In this document: in pieces, positions 17,211 to 27,122 of the stretch
Layout of the letters: the number at the start of each line of letters is the position of its first letter
How positions within the stretch are numbered: the first letter of the stretch is position 1
Origin: a virus
Taxonomy: Duplodnaviria; Caudoviricetes
Virus record (IMG/VR): IMGVR_UViG_3300020034_000024
Coordinates: 1 to 51,656 of that record
Reading direction: 5' to 3' (one strand)
DNA: 51,656 nt
Position numbers and translations under genes: made by a program
The notes under the pieces: generated by a model
The model's database searches: none
What the model was told of the DNA's origin: nothing
Seen by the model: the letters and a program-made list of their open reading frames with translations, nothing else

Positions 17211-19630
17211 TGCTATTTAAATTTTATTTAGAACATGATGTTTTAGGGAGCTTACAAATAAATGAGCCTGATGGATGGCGCGACCTTAAATTAGCCCTCG
17301 AAAGAGATACTAATTTCAAATCATTAATAGAACATTTTGTTGGTTCGTTTATTTTCTATGGTGATAATGGAATTGTAAATGGTGGGATTGATAGGATTTT
17401 AGAAGTAGAGAGAGATTTCGGACCAGATGCCAAACTGATATTTCGTTCGGAAGTTTCATTTGATGGCTACACATTCGAAGATTTATTCGAAGGACTTTTA
17501 AATTTATTCGGCATCATTGGAATGCCAGATAATAAAATACAAGTCCCTGTTATTCCAAATGATGTATGGACAAAATTTATTAATCGCCTTGATACTCCTG
17601 TAGATATTCAGGATTTTAAATCTTTGGATGATGAAGATATTGATGTATTTGATAGTATCAATTTAAAATTAACCAGCCAAGTTTTAAGAACTAAATATCT
17701 AAATAAACAAGATGATGGAGAGTATGCCGAATTTGATGGTATAGGGTATTATCAGTTAACACCAAATAATCCGGAATTAGACGAAGTAGATAAAACTTTT
17801 AACCTTCCTTTTTTATTTAATACTGATCGACCTGCTTGGTGGTTAGAAGCAACATATGACGGTAATTATGCTTTTGATTTCAGAATCGAAGTAAGCGAAA
17901 TACTTTCTGTTTTAGGACAGACATTTGCTTTACGATTAGCTTCAGGAGGATTAAGTTCTCCCACAACTTTTGTATTTCAAAAGAATGATGATACACCAAT
18001 AGACTTTGCGAGGTTTGACCATACTGGATTAGATTATTATGATGGTACTGATGTTTATTCGTGTTGGGATACCCCTCCAAGTGCTGTTACCGGGCTTTTA
18101 GCAAGTTCATTAGGAAGTACTATATTTTCTTATTCAACTACGATAGATTTAAAAAAGCGAGATGTAATAAGAATTTATCTAAATAGAACTTCAGGAGTTG
18201 ATAATGTTCCGCTCTTATTATGGGGAACCAATGGAGCACCTTGTTTAGATGCATCTTTCTTACCAAAAAATAATCAAAGCGGACGCCCTTCTGGAATGGT
18301 AGAGTTCCCTACTTATTTTTCAGTAATAGCAGATACAATTTATCCAGAATCAAATGCTTTTTCATTCTTAGCTCATGATGCAGCCGGTCAAATACTTGAT
18401 CGTATTGTTAGTGAGAATGGTATTTTCTATTCAGAACATTTAGGGAGCGATAGAACGATTTACCGACAATATCCGGGTGATGGTTGCGGATGGAAATACG
18501 CTATTTCTAAAGGCTTGCAAATACGTCAATACTCATTAATTGAAAAACCTTTTTTCATGTCTTTCAATCAGTGGTGGAAAGGTATAAATCCGGTATTATG
18601 TTTAGGATTAGGGCAAGAAGAAATAGACGGTGTTCAAGTTATTCGAGTTGAGCAAATGGATCATTTTTACGATGCTTCAAGCGTATCGGTAAACATTAGC
18701 AACGTTCAACAGATCACCCGAAACTACGATCAGGATGTAATCTTCAAAACAGTCAAAGTCGGCTATTCAAAGTGGCAAAGCGAAGACATTTCAGGGATTG
18801 ACGATGCTCAAACTAAGCACACTTACGCAACACGCCTACAAAAGTCCGGAAATGACTTTATTATTGAAAGTGATTTTATAGCCGCGTCTTTAGCTATTGA
18901 AAGGACCAGAAGGGCAACAAAAATTAAATCGGCTGATGATAAATATGACAATGAGTCTTTTTTGATTGCAATAAATCCTATCCCAATAGACGTTTCGCCT
19001 GAAACCAGTCCGGATGTTAATGATTATGAGCCTGAATTAGATGAAAATTTTAGTTCTATAACCAATCTTTTAAACGCTGAAACTAGGTATAATTCACGAA
19101 TTACACCGGCCCGAAACTTAATGCGCTGGATTCGGTACGTGTCAGGATGCCTTCAATCCTACATAGATTCGAAATTCAAGTTCGTATCGGGCGAGGGTAA
19201 TTACGATATGACTTCCGACATGATCAATACATCGGATGGTTGTGACGAAATCAAATCAGACATATCAGAAAAGCAGGACTTACCGGTTTATGACGATCCT
19301 TTGCATCTTTCTTTTAGCTATGAGATAGTTGTTCCGCTTGAGTGGGAAGATTACCTATTAATAAGAAACAACCGTAAAAAGGCCATAGGAATAAGCCAAA
19401 CTACCACCGGACATGTGAAGTTCTTTATTGACACTTTAGAGTATGAGTTAGTAAAAGGAATTGCCACAATTAAAGCTTGGCCAGTTGAATACTTCGAGAT
19501 TCAGGTTATAGAAACTACTTCAAACTCGAATGTTTGCTACGCTGTTCCAGGGGATTGTGACGATGCTTATTTAACAGAAGATGGATTTGAAATGATCACA
19601 GAATCAGGAGATTGTTTAATTTTGAACTAA
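17210..19630 (+). CDS. tail tip/hub protein
   Basis: Large acidic protein directly after the tape measure gene; N-terminal EPDGW motif. Confidence 0.7.
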   Translation: MLFKFYLEHDVLGSLQINEPDGWRDLKLALERDTNFKSLIEHFVGSFIFYGDNGIVNGGIDRILEVERDFGPDAKLIFRSEVSFDGYTFEDLFEGLLNLFGIIGMPDNKIQVPVIPNDVWTKFINRLDTPVDIQDFKSLDDEDIDVFDSINLKLTSQVLRTKYLNKQDDGEYAEFDGIGYYQLTPNNPELDEVDKTFNLPFLFNTDRPAWWLEATYDGNYAFDFRIEVSEILSVLGQTFALRLASGGLSSPTTFVFQKNDDTPIDFARFDHTGLDYYDGTDVYSCWDTPPSAVTGLLASSLGSTIFSYSTTIDLKKRDVIRIYLNRTSGVDNVPLLLWGTNGAPCLDASFLPKNNQSGRPSGMVEFPTYFSVIADTIYPESNAFSFLAHDAAGQILDRIVSENGIFYSEHLGSDRTIYRQYPGDGCGWKYAISKGLQIRQYSLIEKPFFMSFNQWWKGINPVLCLGLGQEEIDGVQVIRVEQMDHFYDASSVSVNISNVQQITRNYDQDVIFKTVKVGYSKWQSEDISGIDDAQTKHTYATRLQKSGNDFIIESDFIAASLAIERTRRATKIKSADDKYDNESFLIAINPIPIDVSPETSPDVNDYEPELDENFSSITNLLNAETRYNSRITPARNLMRWIRYVSGCLQSYIDSKFKFVSGEGNYDMTSDMINTSDGCDEIKSDISEKQDLPVYDDPLHLSFSYEIVVPLEWEDYLLIRNNRKKAIGISQTTTGHVKFFIDTLEYELVKGIATIKAWPVEYFEIQVIETTSNSNVCYAVPGDCDDAYLTEDGFEMITESGDCLILN

Positions 19631-20994
19631 TGAAATATATTTTACTTATATTCGCCCTATTGATCGCTTGTCGCGATGAGGATAATCAATTACCGTGTAA
19701 ATCGGTGGCGAGACAATTTTCTGACGCAAATCCTGTACAATTTTGGTCTGTTGACTGCTTAACCTACAACGAAAATGAGGTTTGCGGGATTCATCCTAAA
19801 TGTTGGTGCCATCCGTGGGAGTGTGACGATGAAATACCGGTTCAGTTTACTTCTACTGACGATGACGACTACCTACTAAATATTTACAATGAATCAGATT
19901 CTCTGATTGATTCTTTAGAATTTAGCAATGAAATTGTAAGGTCGGGATCACAGTTTTTGAACTTCTCAAATACTAATTTCTTAACAGGGATTCAATATTG
20001 GAACAACTTTCCAGGCAGCAATAGGGCTTCAGCTCAAACTTTTGCGTGGGAAGATTTACCAGTAGGAACTGATAATGCAATATGTGATGCAACTGGTTCT
20101 GGATATGAAAACTCCCAGTATTTTGCTTCCGAAAATATTATAGATGGTTTAGGATTCTGGCCTATTGGTGATTACGTTATACAAGTTAAGGGATGGAATC
20201 AGTCTATTGGCACTCCCGATGCTGTTGGTATTGGGTTATGGGGGATGAATAATTCAACATCACAAACTACTTTAAGCGCCACAGGAACCGCTACATTACC
20301 AATCGGAGGGGCGTTAACGACTCGTATTCTATCATTCACACTTACTCAAGAATACAAATATATCGCTCTCTCTTTAACTAGATTGGGTGGGGGTGGGGCA
20401 TTCGATATACTTTGTCATTTGACAGAAATCAATATGTTATCAGCTCCAGGTGTTTTTGTTTCTAATGTACACAATGCATCGATTACACCATCTTTAGGAT
20501 CACCAAGTATTTGCAATGAGAAAATAAGGTTAGAAATTTACAACTCAACTGATAGTGCGATTGAATACAAGTCTGATTGCTTAGATATTAGAGATTCGCA
20601 CGACTGCACAACATTAATTGAATATTCGAATAATAGAAACTTCGCAGGGTTGATTTATCAAAACGTTAGCCCTGAACAAACATTTAATATTCGGGTTCCT
20701 GCTATTTTCTTTCATGAACAATTCCCGGAAGAAGATGAAGCTATGGAATTAACAACTGGTATTCAAAAAACAAGCGGTACACTAAAGGTTCAAAGATTAT
20801 TTGATACCGACTACATGCCGTATTATATGCACAAGAAATTGCAGTTAATTTTTAAACATCAATTTATTACCATTGATGGGTTAAGTTGGTTGAAGGAAGA
20901 AAAGTACGAGATTCAACAAGGTGAAAGACGCTGGCCGTTAAAAAAAGCGAAATGCTTTTTAACTCAGGATTATATCCAGCGAGCAGTATTATAG
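19630..20994 (+). CDS. tail/baseplate structural protein
   Basis: Position in the tail module; Cys-rich; ATG 19630 gives a lipoprotein-like leader, with an alternative GTG before ARQFSDANP. Confidence 0.6.
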   Translation: MKYILLIFALLIACRDEDNQLPCKSVARQFSDANPVQFWSVDCLTYNENEVCGIHPKCWCHPWECDDEIPVQFTSTDDDDYLLNIYNESDSLIDSLEFSNEIVRSGSQFLNFSNTNFLTGIQYWNNFPGSNRASAQTFAWEDLPVGTDNAICDATGSGYENSQYFASENIIDGLGFWPIGDYVIQVKGWNQSIGTPDAVGIGLWGMNNSTSQTTLSATGTATLPIGGALTTRILSFTLTQEYKYIALSLTRLGGGGAFDILCHLTEINMLSAPGVFVSNVHNASITPSLGSPSICNEKIRLEIYNSTDSAIEYKSDCLDIRDSHDCTTLIEYSNNRNFAGLIYQNVSPEQTFNIRVPAIFFHEQFPEEDEAMELTTGIQKTSGTLKVQRLFDTDYMPYYMHKKLQLIFKHQFITIDGLSWLKEEKYEIQQGERRWPLKKAKCFLTQDYIQRAVL

Positions 20995-21057
20995 GCTTTT
21001 GTAAACTTTAAATATTTGGCCGAAAGGCGTGGATAAAATTCGAATTATTATGAAAAC

Positions 21058-21627
21058 ATGGCCGATCTTTTTTGTAGTGAAAATACACCCGATTACGTTC
21101 AGCAAGAATGCGGAGCAGAGTTAGGCGGTATTACATTTGTTGCTTTACTTGATCAATCGATCGTTATCGATGAAGACAATGTAACAGCAACTTTAGAAAG
21201 TGCATCTTTCTGGACAACGAACATAAACACATCTCCTTCAAACAGATTTGTAATCCTGAATACCCGTGGTTCAAAAGCGGCAGGTACTCCTACTGAAGAG
21301 GAAGGTTATGGTTTTGTTCCAACAGAAAGAACAGGTGACGATAAAGAACTCGTTTTCGAGGCTTTAGGCGTAATGGACAATAGAGATTTTTGGGCAAGTG
21401 TGAACCAAAAACGTAACTGGCAACTAGTTTATGGAACAGCCGGAAAAGATGAGAATGGTAACTACAATGCTTTCTACGCAAAAGACGTTAGCGTTTACGC
21501 TGATGACACTATTGAGCAAAGTATTAAATCACGTATTCGTTATGCTGTTTCAGCAAAATGGAGTACTGCGATGGTGCCTTCTTTGCCTTTCCATTTTCCT
21601 AAGTCAGTTATCACCTCTTTATCGTAA
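21058..21627 (+). CDS. major tail (tube) protein
   Basis: 189 aa acidic protein with C..ELGGI and G.K..G.P.E.EGYG motifs; followed by a terminator. Confidence 0.7.
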   Translation: MADLFCSENTPDYVQQECGAELGGITFVALLDQSIVIDEDNVTATLESASFWTTNINTSPSNRFVILNTRGSKAAGTPTEEEGYGFVPTERTGDDKELVFEALGVMDNRDFWASVNQKRNWQLVYGTAGKDENGNYNAFYAKDVSVYADDTIEQSIKSRIRYAVSAKWSTAMVPSLPFHFPKSVITSLS

Positions 21628-21654
21628 GGGGGTTAATTTCCCCTTACTTTTTTT
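21626..21654 (+). terminator. intrinsic terminator after the major tail gene
   Basis: AAGGGG...CCCCTT stem followed by a T tract. Confidence 0.65.
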
Positions 21655-21659
21655 AAATT

Positions 21660-23465
21660 ATGATATACGGAGATCAGGAATTTGCCGAACGTTTAAAAGC
21701 CATCATAAAAGATGGTTACAGGCATCCACTATACGAAGATACGGTACAGCATTCAAAAGAAATGTGTGTGCATATCTATGGTGAGAAGCCTATGTATTTA
21801 CTCGAACGTGCAAGACCCCGTGAGGATGGAGATGTAACAGCCTACCGTATAGAAAATTATGAACCTTCCACCAAAGCGGGTGCTGATAAAGCTTTGGATA
21901 TTGTAGGGAAGATTTTTAATCCTTCGTTGTATTCCATAAATTTCAAAGAGCAAAACGAAGATTCTAAATTACTTCAAGATTACACCCTTGAGTATTACCC
22001 GAATTACAATTCATTAACTTCTTACGATAAAGAAGTTTTACTTCGAAAGATGATTGCTGATCCGAATGCAGTTTTAGCAATCAAGCCTCAAGAGTTTCCG
22101 GAAAATGATGTAGAAAGGCTAAAGCCAGTTTCGGTTATTTATGGATCTTGTAATGTCTGGGATTATGAAAAGAATTACTTTTTGATTTACGACTACAAAG
22201 AGATCGTGAATAATATTGAGTATCATTACTTCTACTACTACGACAAAACTCATTACATCGAGTTTAACGTGTACTTTGTTGCTTCAGATCAAAGTATAGT
22301 CACTAATGTAATTGATGAGTATAAGCATGGTTTTAATGAACTGCCAGCATGGTTTCTTCGTGGAAAGTCTAAGGCTTTGGATAACGGTTCAATAGTTTAT
22401 GAATCCTTCTTTTCAAGTGCCTTGCCTGATTGGAATCAGGCTGTTATTCATAATTCTGACCTATTGGGCGCGTACATTACTCACATGCACCCTCAAAAAT
22501 ATGAGTTAGCTGAAGAATGTAATTTCAAATTTAAGTTTGAAGGAGTTGACTACCCATGCAGGGGAGGTATTGTAAAGTACGGACCAAAGAATGAACAAGG
22601 TAAAACAATGGATTGCCCGCATTGTTTAGGCACTGGTTATCATTCAGTTAAATCACCTTACGGTACATATCAATTCAGCCGGTCGAAGCTGGAAGAGGGC
22701 ACACCATCAGGTATTATGCCAGTTGGTTATATTAATATCCCTGTGGAGGCTACAAAGATGTTAGAAGAGCGTTGCAGCATGCTAATGAAGCGCGGTATGT
22801 GGGCTATTAACATGGATGTTGAGGACTCAATAGGTGAAAATCAATCTGGAGTGGCAAAGGTTATTGATCGAAGCGCTCAAATGGATACTTTGGCTGGAAT
22901 TTCAACGGTTATGTATGACATCCATTTAACTAATCAATTCTACTTTACGAACAAGTATATGTTCTCTATTGCGGCATCAAGTGCCAATAAAAAAGAGGAT
23001 AAAAACCTACCTGAAATAAACAAACCTACCCAATTCGATATTCTCACTACTTCCGAATTGATTAATAATTTCGCGGTAGCTTCAAAGTCAGGTGTAGACA
23101 AAAACTACCTTCGTTTGAAGTCTATAGAGATCGCAAACAGGGATTTAAGCACCTCACCGGATGTAAGAAACTACTTGGTAACGATGCTCAATATAGATCC
23201 TCTTTATGGATTTACTCAGGATGAAATGAGTTTAGGCGCTACAAGCGGAGTGATTAAAAAATCAGATTGGAGTATTCACGAAAACTTAAAACCTTTCATG
23301 GATCGTGCTATTGAAGAAAAGCCTGATTTCTTGGAGCTTGAAAAATCTGAACAATTGGTAATTCTGAATAAGTACGCTGAAGAACTTATCAAAAGCGAAA
23401 AGCCAAAAGTTGACGCGAATATGATTAGCTTTGATCAACAGCAACAACTTAAAAATGTATCGTGA
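21660..23465 (+). CDS. portal protein
   Basis: 601 aa, precedes minor head/scaffold/capsid genes; DPNAVLAI, YKHGFNELPAWFLRG, NQSGVAKVIDR. Confidence 0.8.
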   Translation: MIYGDQEFAERLKAIIKDGYRHPLYEDTVQHSKEMCVHIYGEKPMYLLERARPREDGDVTAYRIENYEPSTKAGADKALDIVGKIFNPSLYSINFKEQNEDSKLLQDYTLEYYPNYNSLTSYDKEVLLRKMIADPNAVLAIKPQEFPENDVERLKPVSVIYGSCNVWDYEKNYFLIYDYKEIVNNIEYHYFYYYDKTHYIEFNVYFVASDQSIVTNVIDEYKHGFNELPAWFLRGKSKALDNGSIVYESFFSSALPDWNQAVIHNSDLLGAYITHMHPQKYELAEECNFKFKFEGVDYPCRGGIVKYGPKNEQGKTMDCPHCLGTGYHSVKSPYGTYQFSRSKLEEGTPSGIMPVGYINIPVEATKMLEERCSMLMKRGMWAINMDVEDSIGENQSGVAKVIDRSAQMDTLAGISTVMYDIHLTNQFYFTNKYMFSIAASSANKKEDKNLPEINKPTQFDILTTSELINNFAVASKSGVDKNYLRLKSIEIANRDLSTSPDVRNYLVTMLNIDPLYGFTQDEMSLGATSGVIKKSDWSIHENLKPFMDRAIEEKPDFLELEKSEQLVILNKYAEELIKSEKPKVDANMISFDQQQQLKNVS

Positions 23466-24334
23466 GTGCCTCCGAATTAGCGGAAAGTATTGAAGGTTTA
23501 GTTATCGCAGGAAACGAAGCGTATGGATTAGCTTTGATTAAAGTCCAAAACAAGCTTTATAACGACCTTGTTACTATCCTGAAATTCGTTGAAACCAATG
23601 ATGAAGGGTACATTCTGCAAAACGCTGGCAACCGGCAAATACTTCGAGCGGCACAAGGTCAATTCGATAAAACAATCCAAGGTTCAATCTATCAAAGTGC
23701 TTTAGAACAACATCTTCAAGCTATACCGGCAATTGATTCGCTTAACGTTACATACTTCGAAAGTATTTCCAGTGCATTTAAACCTAACCGGGTATTCATC
23801 CAGCAACTACAAGCGCAGACTATTGAAACTGTTAATTCGTTGGTTCTGCAGGATGGGTTAGCGGCTCAGGTTAAACTTCCGTTGAATCAAATCCTTTCGC
23901 AGAACATCAATACAGGTGGTTCATTTTCCGGAATGCTCCAGCAAGTTCAAACATTCGTCAAGGGTGACAGTACTTTGGATGGAAGGCTTTTAAGTTACTC
24001 GAGAGGGATTGTAAAGGATTCACTTTTCCAATATGCCAGAGCTTACCAAAATTCGGTTACGGCTGATTTGAAATTGGAATGGTTCGGATACGTTGGCGGG
24101 CTAATCGATACAAGTAGACCATTTTGCATTGAAAGAAATGGACATTACTATATTCAAAAAGAGATTGAATCGTGGGCCAGTTTAGAATGGAAAGGTAAGA
24201 ATCCGTTAACTACAGAAAGTTCTATTTTCGTGCTTGTAGGTGGATTTTCGTGCCTGCACCAGTTAATTCCAGTGTCAGAGTTGATTGTGCCAAGTGAGGA
24301 AAAAGAAAGAGCAAAAGAATTAGGCTTCCTTTAG
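23462..24334 (+). CDS. minor head protein (MuF/gp7-like)
   Basis: YVGGLIDTSRPFC...GGFSCLHQLIP C-terminal motif; follows the portal. Confidence 0.8.
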   Translation: MSASELAESIEGLVIAGNEAYGLALIKVQNKLYNDLVTILKFVETNDEGYILQNAGNRQILRAAQGQFDKTIQGSIYQSALEQHLQAIPAIDSLNVTYFESISSAFKPNRVFIQQLQAQTIETVNSLVLQDGLAAQVKLPLNQILSQNINTGGSFSGMLQQVQTFVKGDSTLDGRLLSYSRGIVKDSLFQYARAYQNSVTADLKLEWFGYVGGLIDTSRPFCIERNGHYYIQKEIESWASLEWKGKNPLTTESSIFVLVGGFSCLHQLIPVSELIVPSEEKERAKELGFL

Positions 24335-24568
24335 CCAGCCCTCACCAACTAATACATGCAATCTTAATGTGGTCCTATCTTTAGCATTGTATCCGAACAA
24401 CTTAGCGAAATATCCAGAAGAGTCTACAGTTCCAATAGAGATATATCCATCAGGAAATTTCTTTCTCATCTTGATAGTAAACGCCTTAACTCGACCATGA
24501 TTAGAAATATGGTATCGATCCTCGAAACCTTTAATTGGCTTCCAAATCTCTTCATCAGTGGTAATCAT
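24320..24568 (-). pseudogene. truncated NUMOD4 homing endonuclease
   Basis: EEIWKPIKGFE..YHISNHGRVK and LHVLV, but stops before the HNH core. Confidence 0.75.
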
Positions 24569-24720
24569 TTCTTTTCCGGTTTAACTACACTTTCAATTTT
24601 TTCCTTGTACTCAATAATCGCTTTTCGATAAAGAACTGATTTATTACCCCCTTCTTTTTTCCCTTGATTGCTTGCCCACTTCATTAATTCTTTCTCAATC
24701 TTAAAACAGTCTTGTATCAT
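24565..24720 (-). CDS. small ribbon-helix-helix-like DNA-binding protein (51 aa)
   Basis: MIQDCFKIEKELMKWASNQGKKEGGNKSVLYRKAIIEY..; ATGA-coupled to the NUMOD4 remnant. Confidence 0.6.
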   Translation of the reverse strand: MIQDCFKIEKELMKWASNQGKKEGGNKSVLYRKAIIEYKEKIESVVKPEKK

Positions 24721-24841
24721 AGTTGTATAAACAATGTTTTCACAATATACTAATGTTGTACTAATTTAAGCAAATATTTGTTATAATTTTCTTTAACCTG
24801 TTGATTATCAATACTAAATTCGAACAAACAAATTTTGCATT

Positions 24842-25156
24842 ATGAATAAATTATTAGTTCGGGATTCAAAAGGTATAGAACGGGAGGTGACTAAGAAAGC
24901 TTTTGAACTTGTCGGCCATACTTACGGCTATGTGATTATTGGAGAGGTAAAAGGAAGTTCTGATGGGTTTACGGAGGTTCAAAAGGTTATGCAGGAATTG
25001 AAGGAAAAGAAAGCTGCTGATGATAAGCGTAAATTGGTTAATCAGTTTGTTGAGGATCAGCAAAAGCCACAACCTGAAGACTCATCCGTTAGCGATGAGG
25101 ACATCAAAGAAGTAATTAAAAAAGGCAAACCAGGTCCAAAACCTAAAACAAAATAA
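24842..25156 (+). CDS. hypothetical head-operon protein
   Basis: First gene after an intergenic promoter region; basic KPGPKPK tail. Confidence 0.65.
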   Translation: MNKLLVRDSKGIEREVTKKAFELVGHTYGYVIIGEVKGSSDGFTEVQKVMQELKEKKAADDKRKLVNQFVEDQQKPQPEDSSVSDEDIKEVIKKGKPGPKPKTK

Positions 25157-25158
25157 GC

Positions 25159-26004
25159 ATGAAGTACAAAGATTATTTTTTAACCCTCAAAAATCAGGGT
25201 AAAATTACTAATGAGGCGTTTGATAAGTTTTTAGAAACGGTACCAGAAGGCGAAGTACCAGATGAGGTTTTTTCAGTTCTTGAATCGACATTTATGACTG
25301 CTGACCGTGCAATTGCTGATAAAACAGTCAGCCTGAAATTAAGAAGTGAGATTCTTGATCCGCTTAAAAATGATTTTAACGACATACTTAAATTACTACC
25401 TGCCGATATTGTAATGGATGTCGAAAAGGAGCAAAGCATATACAAAAAGTTGGCTAAGATCAAAGAGGGGTTGCCAGTTGCTTTTCAAAAAGCATCAAAA
25501 GCCCCAGATGAGGCGGAGGCAAAAAAGAAACTTCAAGAACTACAGGCATCTAATCAGGAATTACTTTCCAGGTTCGAAAAGTTGAATTCTGAAACAGAGA
25601 AAAAGGAAAAAGCCTTGCAATCTGAATACGAAGGCAAAATTAAAAATTATAAACTTGATAGTGAATTGGAAAAGAAGGCAAATTCTTTTACATTCGCAGA
25701 GGCTTTCAAGGAAACGCGAGGGTCACTTACAAAAGCAATATTGAATGAGATCAAAGCCAACAATAAACTTGATCTCGTGGAAAAAGACGGGGAGTGTGAC
25801 ATCTTAATTTTAGATGAATCCGGCACTCCGAGGTTCCAAGGTAACACACCTATTACCATTAATTCGTTACTCGAAAATCCTTTCAAACCATTTTTGAAAG
25901 TATCCGAAAACGAAAAACGTGCTGATCCTGATTCAGCGAGGAAAAATTTCTCTGTAGCCGATCAACCAAAAACAAGACGAGGAGCTTCAACAGAGGTAAA
26001 GTAA
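25159..26004 (+). CDS. capsid scaffolding protein
   Basis: E/K-rich coiled coil directly before the capsid gene. Confidence 0.75.
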   Translation: MKYKDYFLTLKNQGKITNEAFDKFLETVPEGEVPDEVFSVLESTFMTADRAIADKTVSLKLRSEILDPLKNDFNDILKLLPADIVMDVEKEQSIYKKLAKIKEGLPVAFQKASKAPDEAEAKKKLQELQASNQELLSRFEKLNSETEKKEKALQSEYEGKIKNYKLDSELEKKANSFTFAEAFKETRGSLTKAILNEIKANNKLDLVEKDGECDILILDESGTPRFQGNTPITINSLLENPFKPFLKVSENEKRADPDSARKNFSVADQPKTRRGASTEVK

Positions 26005-26011
26005 TTCAATA

Positions 26012-27109
26012 ATGCCTCCAATTAATTTAAATATTGTCGGAGCGTGTGAACGGATCGTAAAAGAAGCCGAAACACTCGCAGGACAAAACTATGCGTTCAA
26101 TATGCAACGCAAAACTGGTGCTCTTGACTTCATTACATCCCCTGAAAATGGCGGAGTAGATGCAAGTTTGATCTCTCATCAGGCTGGAACAAAACTAGCA
26201 AAACTGCATATCTTTTACGATCAACGTACAAAGACATGCGAGACTACTGATGATTGCTTTTCAAATGTGTGCGATGATGGATTTACTCCACTTCGTAAAG
26301 AAGCTGATATTACAATATCGAGCTGTATTAAAACTAAGGTTCGTGGTTACTCCAATGATGATATGGCAGCTTTGTGTAACAACACAGAAGTTTTCATGCG
26401 CGAAAGAGGATTCAGCGATTTAAGAGCTGCACGTGAGCATTTCTCGGAGAAGATTCTCGCATCCATGGATGCATTAAGAGGTCAAAACAGACGATTCAAT
26501 GGGACTACAATTGCGGCAGGTAATAATGCCACGATTGATTTGTTAGGGGTTGATTCAAACAGTCAGCCAATCCCACTACCGGGTAATTTCGCTTACATGC
26601 CTTTGGATTATCAAAACAACCAATTGAATGGAACTCCTGCCGTAATTGGTCAGGGTAACTTCGAATTGTTTTGGAAACTTCACGGCTATTCTTGCTGTAA
26701 TTCATCCACTCCTTATGGAGAGGCTAATATTTCTGGTGAAGTTCGTTTCTATCTTGATCAAGCGGCCAATGCTGTTTTAGGTGCAAATGATGTTTTAATG
26801 GTGGCTCCCGGTGCTTTGCATCTGTTGACATTCAATGAAAACAGAAACATTGCCGCTTCTGGTGTTAACTCACCTGATGCGTTCCATATCGTGGTTCCTG
26901 ATCCTGCTGGTTATCCATTCTCATGGAATCTTGATTTCTACTTTGATCATTGCGATAAGGTTTGGAAATCACAGTATTCAATCCTGTGGGGAATGTTTGA
27001 TACTTTCAGAGATGATTCGTTCAGTAACAACTCAGAAACAACTGGTTCTCCTGATTGTACTGACGAACTGGACGGGCTTACTGGAGTTTTCGGATTTGCC
27101 ATCACTTAA
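26012..27109 (+). CDS. major capsid protein
   Basis: 365 aa after the scaffold gene and before the connectors; size and position typical. Confidence 0.8.
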   Translation: MPPINLNIVGACERIVKEAETLAGQNYAFNMQRKTGALDFITSPENGGVDASLISHQAGTKLAKLHIFYDQRTKTCETTDDCFSNVCDDGFTPLRKEADITISSCIKTKVRGYSNDDMAALCNNTEVFMRERGFSDLRAAREHFSEKILASMDALRGQNRRFNGTTIAAGNNATIDLLGVDSNSQPIPLPGNFAYMPLDYQNNQLNGTPAVIGQGNFELFWKLHGYSCCNSSTPYGEANISGEVRFYLDQAANAVLGANDVLMVAPGALHLLTFNENRNIAASGVNSPDAFHIVVPDPAGYPFSWNLDFYFDHCDKVWKSQYSILWGMFDTFRDDSFSNNSETTGSPDCTDELDGLTGVFGFAIT

Positions 27110-27122
27110 TCAGCGGTAGATT

